In this document: in pieces, positions 57,851 to 64,000 of the stretch
How positions within the stretch are numbered: the stretch's first letter is position 1
How the letters are laid out: the number at the start of each line of letters is the position of its first letter
Assembly (NCBI GenBank): GCA_047495785.1
Contig: JBLDXI010000024.1
Coordinates: forward strand, 1,426,001-1,490,000
Length of the DNA: 64,000 bases
DNA from: Lepidodermella squamata
Lineage: Eukaryota > Animalia > Gastrotricha
Direction of reading: 5' to 3'
Position numbers and translations under genes: made by a program
The notes under the pieces: generated by a model
Told to the model about the DNA's origin: nothing
Databases searched by the model: none
Seen by the model: only the letters and a program-made list of their open reading frames with translations

Positions 57851-59978
57851 TACTTGTTAATGCTAATTACATCTAAAAATATAAATTTTGTTCAGAAAAA
57901 TCATGGAAAAATGGCTACAAAAATGACATGAAAACGGCAGACAAGAATAAAAAACCCTCGTAATAAAAATAATGATACATACCAGAAGCAAAAAATACGC
58001 TGAGTCATAATATTATGGTGATGAAAAAACGTGGAAAAGGGCCAGCGAAATTCATTGACTTGAATCATTGCATCAGACGTCCAAGATTGAACGGGAAAGA
58101 GAATAAATTGAACGAGAAAATCACGTGAAATGTAGAACGCAGCAAGCGCTAAATTATTTCCTTGCCCTTTCATTTTGCGTGACCTGCCGCGGCGAAATTT
58201 ACACTCTCGTAACGAATGCTTATATAATAATAAAATCTTACTATTGTTAATGAAAGCTAGGCAATAAAGATTGATTTCTCTCCTAATAATATTACATAGC
58301 TGATACTATATATTGTTATTAATGGCGCGACGTGAAAGGTCAGACGATGATCGGCGTGTAGACGCCGAAGATTGAAACCTGCTCGAGGTCATCAGTAAGA
58401 TGCGGGCAAACAGCGTCGATAATGAATGCAAATATAAGGCGTGATTTGCGGCAAAATCTTGCTAAAGCCACGCGGCCTCTGTCAGCGCCATGAAGATGCA
58501 TAAGAGAAGAGCTGATATGACGCTGATATAGCCTCGACAAGTAAGACATCACTTAAAATATAGGAATACTGAATAAAAATACCAAAAATTCAGATTTTTT
58601 AATAGCCTCAATAATTAAATGAAAATAGAAAATAGTAAAAATTGGAACGCGTTCACTAAAATTCCAATAAAATTCAGATAAATTCATTAAGACATGAAAT
58701 GAATGTTTGTTTCTTTTCCCCGCGACTGAACGTCTGTACCCTTTCGGGTTTTGAGGTAGGCCCAAGGCCCCCACAGCCGAGAAAATCTTACTTTTGTTAT
58801 AAAATTCAAAATCTTCCGGAGACTAGACACTAGACTATTTTTCGCCTAAAATTCATTGTGAAAAGCATATTATAATTAGAGCAGCAGATCTTCTCAGAAA
58901 AAGTAATCTCTCAAAGATTAGCGATAGATCAATAGCTTTTAACTGAAACATCGGCCATAGAAGATCTCATCAGGGTTTATAACATTACGGACCCGACTGA
59001 GTCATGCTCAAGCGATATTATTAGTATACACGAAAACCACTGCATGCTGCAAGCAATGTTATACGCATTTGCTGATGTTGCTTGCTAAACGTGCGTTTGT
59101 AATTAAAGGCGGAGAAAATTCTGCACGCATTTCGACTTCATATTGCATAAGCACTGTAAAACTTGGTTGTGATGATGCATGTAGAACGTTGCCAGCGTTG
59201 TCTGGTCAGTCTCGGTTTATGTATATGTAAGTCTGTGCTCGTAATAGCAATAAAACGCGGGTGCTAAACTATTCGGGTCACTGCGAGAGAAGTGGCGATG
59301 CGAGCACATCGTAGTAAAATGGTAATTAAATTACATAAACCGCTGTGCGTCATAAAATTACAGGCTAAAAACATATGCCGATAGCAGCAAATGAGAATTT
59401 AATAAAATATTTTAAAAATCAGAGTACAAAATTTGTCCAAAAATCGGTTGTTTGCCGCGCCATTCATTGTATTTGCTCTCATATTTGAATGCTAAAAATA
59501 TTGACTCGGCATAGATGAGGGCATTATGGCGCGCGCGTAGAAAGCAGGTAATGTTTAGTTTCTGCGCTGAATTAGAAAATCTATGCCCTGCATTTTTAAA
59601 ACACTATATTTAGCATTGTAGTAGTAATTGATGCACAGGATTGCGATGCTTTCAACCGTCCGCATTTTAGTACTGCAGAACTAATGTGGGAGCAGCGCGA
59701 GCGTGTTTGTTGTGCGTGCTAGGAAGCGGCATTCACAGTTTTATAGCACTCATCACGGGCTGAAATAAAGATTCCGGAAATTGCACGCTTTTCTTCATAC
59801 ATGCTGGCCGCGCTGTGATAGTGATAAATAAAACCCAGAAGTCACTACATATATGCTGTATAATATGTATCTATCCATACGCCGCAAAGTGGCGCAGCAT
59901 CAAGTGCCGCCGCTGCTTTCTCGACATTCCCGCGGTTTACAAACACAAATACAGTGATACTTGTTAGCCTTTATACTT

Positions 59979-60406
59979 GGCCGTTAACAAGTGAAAAGTG
60001 GCGTATTCAGCAAATAGCAAAAAGTGAGCTGACTTGAAGAGGGACGATTCTAGATGTCCCTCCTCAGTTTTTCTTGAGTATTTTGAATTTTCAAAATTCA
60101 GATCTCTAGGAGGCTCACATCCACCTCAAAAGACGAGATTTAGGTTGAAGTGGAAGCACTAGCTTGATTCCATCTCTATTTGTGAATATCTAGCAAGATT
60201 TCTCACATCAGATTACCCTCTGCGCATAAGAAATAGTACTAGAATTTATTGCGTGACGAATTATTAATTGATGCAATTTTTTTAAGCGCGCATTTTATCG
60301 AAATTAGCAATTATTTACCCGTGAACTTTGACTCCTTGTTCATTGATCTTGAAAGAGGCATCAAAATCTCACGATGCCACAAATTTCTTTTCACTTGTTA
60401 ACGGTC
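59979..60406. mobile_element. Non-autonomous DNA transposon with 20-bp TIRs and 4-bp TSD
   Basis: ACTT|GGCCGTTAACAAGTGAAAAG...CTTTTCACTTGTTAACGGTC|ACTT. Confidence 0.82.
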
Positions 60407-60635
60407 ACTTGATATATATGTACTTGGCCTTTCATTATTTTATACGATCGGTATATCTTTTAAATATCTAATAAAATATCTTTTAAATTTTTAAGGAGGA
60501 GTTTTTTTTCATGAGAGGTCTCTATAAGTGGTAAAGAGCCAAATCACGATCTTTCTCGAACTTTATTTCAAAAATGACATATATTTTGAAAAAACTTTGA
60601 TTAAAACGCTAATTAACGCTAATAAGAAGATACTT

Positions 60636-63239
60636 TTAATTAATCAGCTGTGAGCAGTAACAAAATTTTTTAGCCGCTGACGATCCGCCGATGCACCACG
60701 ATTGATTACCGTACGCATTTATCCGCTGAATTTCGCCCTGAGTCATCCACGATTTTTTACCGTCTCGTACAACATGTGCCTCGAATAGCGCGCCGCTTGG
60801 CTCTGCACGTGCGATGATTACGTAATCGTCTTTCGGCCCGGCAACACCGCGCACCCAGCCGCCGCCGGTCGCTGAAATCAGCACGCTCTTCGACGCGCCC
60901 ATTCTCGAGGCGGATTCAACACCGCCGAGGTGGAAAACCGCACATCGATGCTTGTCGTCCTCGAAGCGCGTGTTCGGAGGAGCGTATTTCGTTCGAATGT
61001 CCAAGTTGATGGATTCAACGATGTAACTCGCTGCTTCGTGGACGATTTTATCGGAGTCAGGGTTCGAAATGAGCGTTTCTTGATAGCAGGCGCAGTAATT
61101 TTCGGGGACATTCGCTTGAAAGCAATTTCTCGTTCGAGGCAAAACTTCTGCCAATAAGCTTGCTGACCATATTTTAGGGTCATCGTCCGTTAGCCTCGAA
61201 AAACCTACAAGAATAAACGATTTCTAGCCTATTTATAAGGTTTAAATCCGCTCACCTTGTGATGTTTGATTTTTGGTGATAATTAGAATATGCTGCAGTG
61301 TTTGATGCAGATCGAGAGGAGTAGTTAACCGTTCTGTGTTGGCTTGAATATTTTCGACCAGTTTAGGATATTGATTTTTGAAAGCTTCGGGCAAAATAGC
61401 TGAGAAGAAAGGCATTCGATCTTCGATTCGGCCGATCATAGTGTTACGAATGCTAATAAAATAAAGAAACATTATTTTATAAAAAAAATTTAAATTTTTT
61501 TAAAGTTTAAAATTATTACAACAAAAAATTTGAGTTTGTCAAGTGAATTCCCAAGATTTAGGGTTCCTGTACTAAATTTTCGAGAATTCCTTAAAATTTC
61601 ATTTCAATTTCTGTTGGTGGGAATTTAACTCGCTAATTTGGCGGAACCCCAAATTTAGGATTAAAAAAATCTTAAAATTTTGAAAATTGAGGACCCGGAG
61701 AATAATTAAGGCGAAGAATAATTTTTCTGCAATAAATTCTGCTCAGGTGAAACTGACCTCGATGAATTATTAAAAAATTATAATAGGCAGTAATAATTAA
61801 TAATTTTTTATTAATAATTTTTTATTTTTTATTTTTTCGCAATTTAAATTTTATTTTGAATAATTAAAATTGAATTTAACATACTTGTCAAATCTAGAAC
61901 CGTGATCGGACATGACGAAGACGAAGGTTCGTTGCCGTATGGCCTCGATTTTATAAAGCCAGTCCAATAATTCGACCAGGGCATCGTCACAAACCCCAAT
62001 CATATGCGCGAAGTCATGACTCGGCTCAACTAGCCACGATAAATCGAAGAAAGGCTGGTTGCGATCAACGTATTTGCGAACAAATTGCTTAACGCTGTAA
62101 TCCCACAACATTTGAAACTTCTTACGGCCTTGAAAGCACATGCTAGGCGATGCTGTTAGTTTGATGTTTTTCGACTCTAATATTTGTAATAATGGATTGA
62201 TTAGCGAGTCGAGGCCCTTTTCCAAAGCTAGGAATAAAGTTCGGCCGTAGTGATCGGTTGGAATCTCGTCGAAACCTTTTCGTTGCCAGTGGAATGACCC
62301 GATTCGAGGCATATCCTCAGCGTACATTGTGGCGTACCCGACTTCCTTAAATTGTTTCCAAATAAACGGATAGTCATTGAAAGTTTCGCCATTTGACCCA
62401 TCATGAGGTAATTTCAGTTTTTCACCTAATATCAGGTCTCAAAATTTCAAAGATTCAAGTTGGAGACAAAAATTACCTGGAAGCAGCTCGACCCTTTTCC
62501 CGGTTAAAACAGGCACCAAGTTCATGAAAGTATTTTCGCCGACTTTGTTGTAACCCTTGAAAATAAAACCGCCAAGCTGCTTGATCTTTGCAAAACTTTT
62601 CGGCAGGGTGCGTTGAAAATTCAAAAGCGACACCGAATCAACTCCAATGAACAAAATATTCCAAGCATTGTTGATCACAGCAGATTTGTTAGGCTTTGGC
62701 GGAATAACTCTCGAGAAAATGTCCGTATATATCAGGTCGTTACTCGCGGTAAAACAAGAAATTTCGATGAGCTCAGTATCTACAGGCCAATCCGTGAATG
62801 GAAATCGATCGATTTTTTGCCGCTCAGTTCCGAAAGATACCGTGAAATCGTCATCTCGGTGAATTTTTCGATAGGAACAGCTTAAATTTCCCCTATTATG
62901 CTTCAGGTAGATATCGCCACTCTCCGCATTTTGTTCCAATTCGATCTGATCACTAGCCGGCGGGCAGTTGAGTGGCGGAGGTGTTTTAATGTACTTCTGA
63001 ATACTCGGATCCCATGGGTTCAGCTCTGGTAAGTGGCACTGTCCCGAAGCGGCGCCGCTGATTTGTGGGTCGAAAATGGCGATTGTGTCGAAAAATAGGC
63101 TAAGAGTAACGGCGAGCGTAATGAAAGCGGCAAATTGCGGCAAATTAACCGTCTGATAGAAGCTGCCGTAGCGTTTGTTCATCGCAGCTATAGACGCCTT
63201 TTGCCATTTAATTACGAAAGAATCGGCTGATAATTTCAT
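60636..63239 (-). CDS. DUF229 family protein; copy 3 (alternative ATG 63182)
   Basis: FIGVDSVSLLNFQRTLPK, GYNKVGENTFMNL, YAED, VMSDHGSRF, IEDRMPFF, RINAYGNQSWC..KKFCYC. Confidence 0.88.
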
Positions 63240-64000
63240 ATATAAAAAATAGCTTCACATCATTTGAAGTTTCTCTAAATTAAAACTGATTTTCAAAATT
63301 TTTAATAAATTCCTGCAATAATATCTCGCGAAAAATTGTCCTAAATTGGTGCACTTTCGGAAATGAGTATTTTTTCGCACCATTATGGCGCCATTTGATG
63401 GCTATTCAGGTCTCAATAAAGCCTATATTACACCTAGAACCTAGATGCGACGAAAAAGCATGGTTATATATAGACGTGGTGTGTTGTTTGAACTCGTCGT
63501 GGTTAGATATATTGCTACCGACTTGTATTTGCCCAACGCTTGTTGTGCTTCCGATCTGGAAGCGTGAAAAATATAATAATATCCCAGATATTTGCCATAC
63601 ATCTCACCACCGATATATAGGATAGCTAAACATCGCGATGCCAAATATCCAGTGGCTGAATTGTTTGATTCCGTCGATGGACTATTATTTGCGAATTTGC
63701 CCTTGAATTTGGTATACCGATAATAAAGTCCGAAAATAAGCTTCTAAATGTATAAGAGCCGATTTTATAAATTCTAGGAAATTTTGATCTCTTGCATGGG
63801 ACATTTTTTTATGATTCGCACTAATAAAACTTAATTTTTTTATGTCTAAAATTCTGCGAAGAAACCAGGTAAAAAACGGCTGGTTCTTACCGGACGGTTT
63901 AATTTAGGTTTACTAGGTCAGGTCACGGTTCAAGTTGGATTGGAAAAAGCTGCCTTTTTATGACCTCTGATTGTCCACTGCAGACTGGGCACTTTCCATT

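Overview
Invertebrate animal nuclear DNA: AT-rich, most introns short (about 45-110 nt) GT-AG, many TTTCAG/TTTAG acceptors; the taxon cannot be fixed from sequence alone. Bases 1-6559 are the right arm of a Polinton/Maverick endogenous virus-like element (integrase with chromodomain, minor-capsid-like gene, GxG core-protein-like gene). It also carries an intronless TATA-binding-protein homologue and TATA-containing repeats, and it ends 26 nt upstream of a host sulfotransferase ATG. The host region holds seven Sulfotransfer_2 (CHST-like) genes, three DUF229 alkaline-phosphatase-superfamily genes, a GABA-B-like class C GPCR, a Cys-repeat secreted protein, a pseudokinase-TAZ1-KIX fusion gene and a PQQ-type beta-propeller gene. 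An ABCB1-type P-glycoprotein gene is split in an exon by a 6.2-kb EnSpm/CACTA-superfamily transposon. A 5'-truncated LINE and several MITE families are also present. All calls and splice models come from manual motif recognition; no searches were run.
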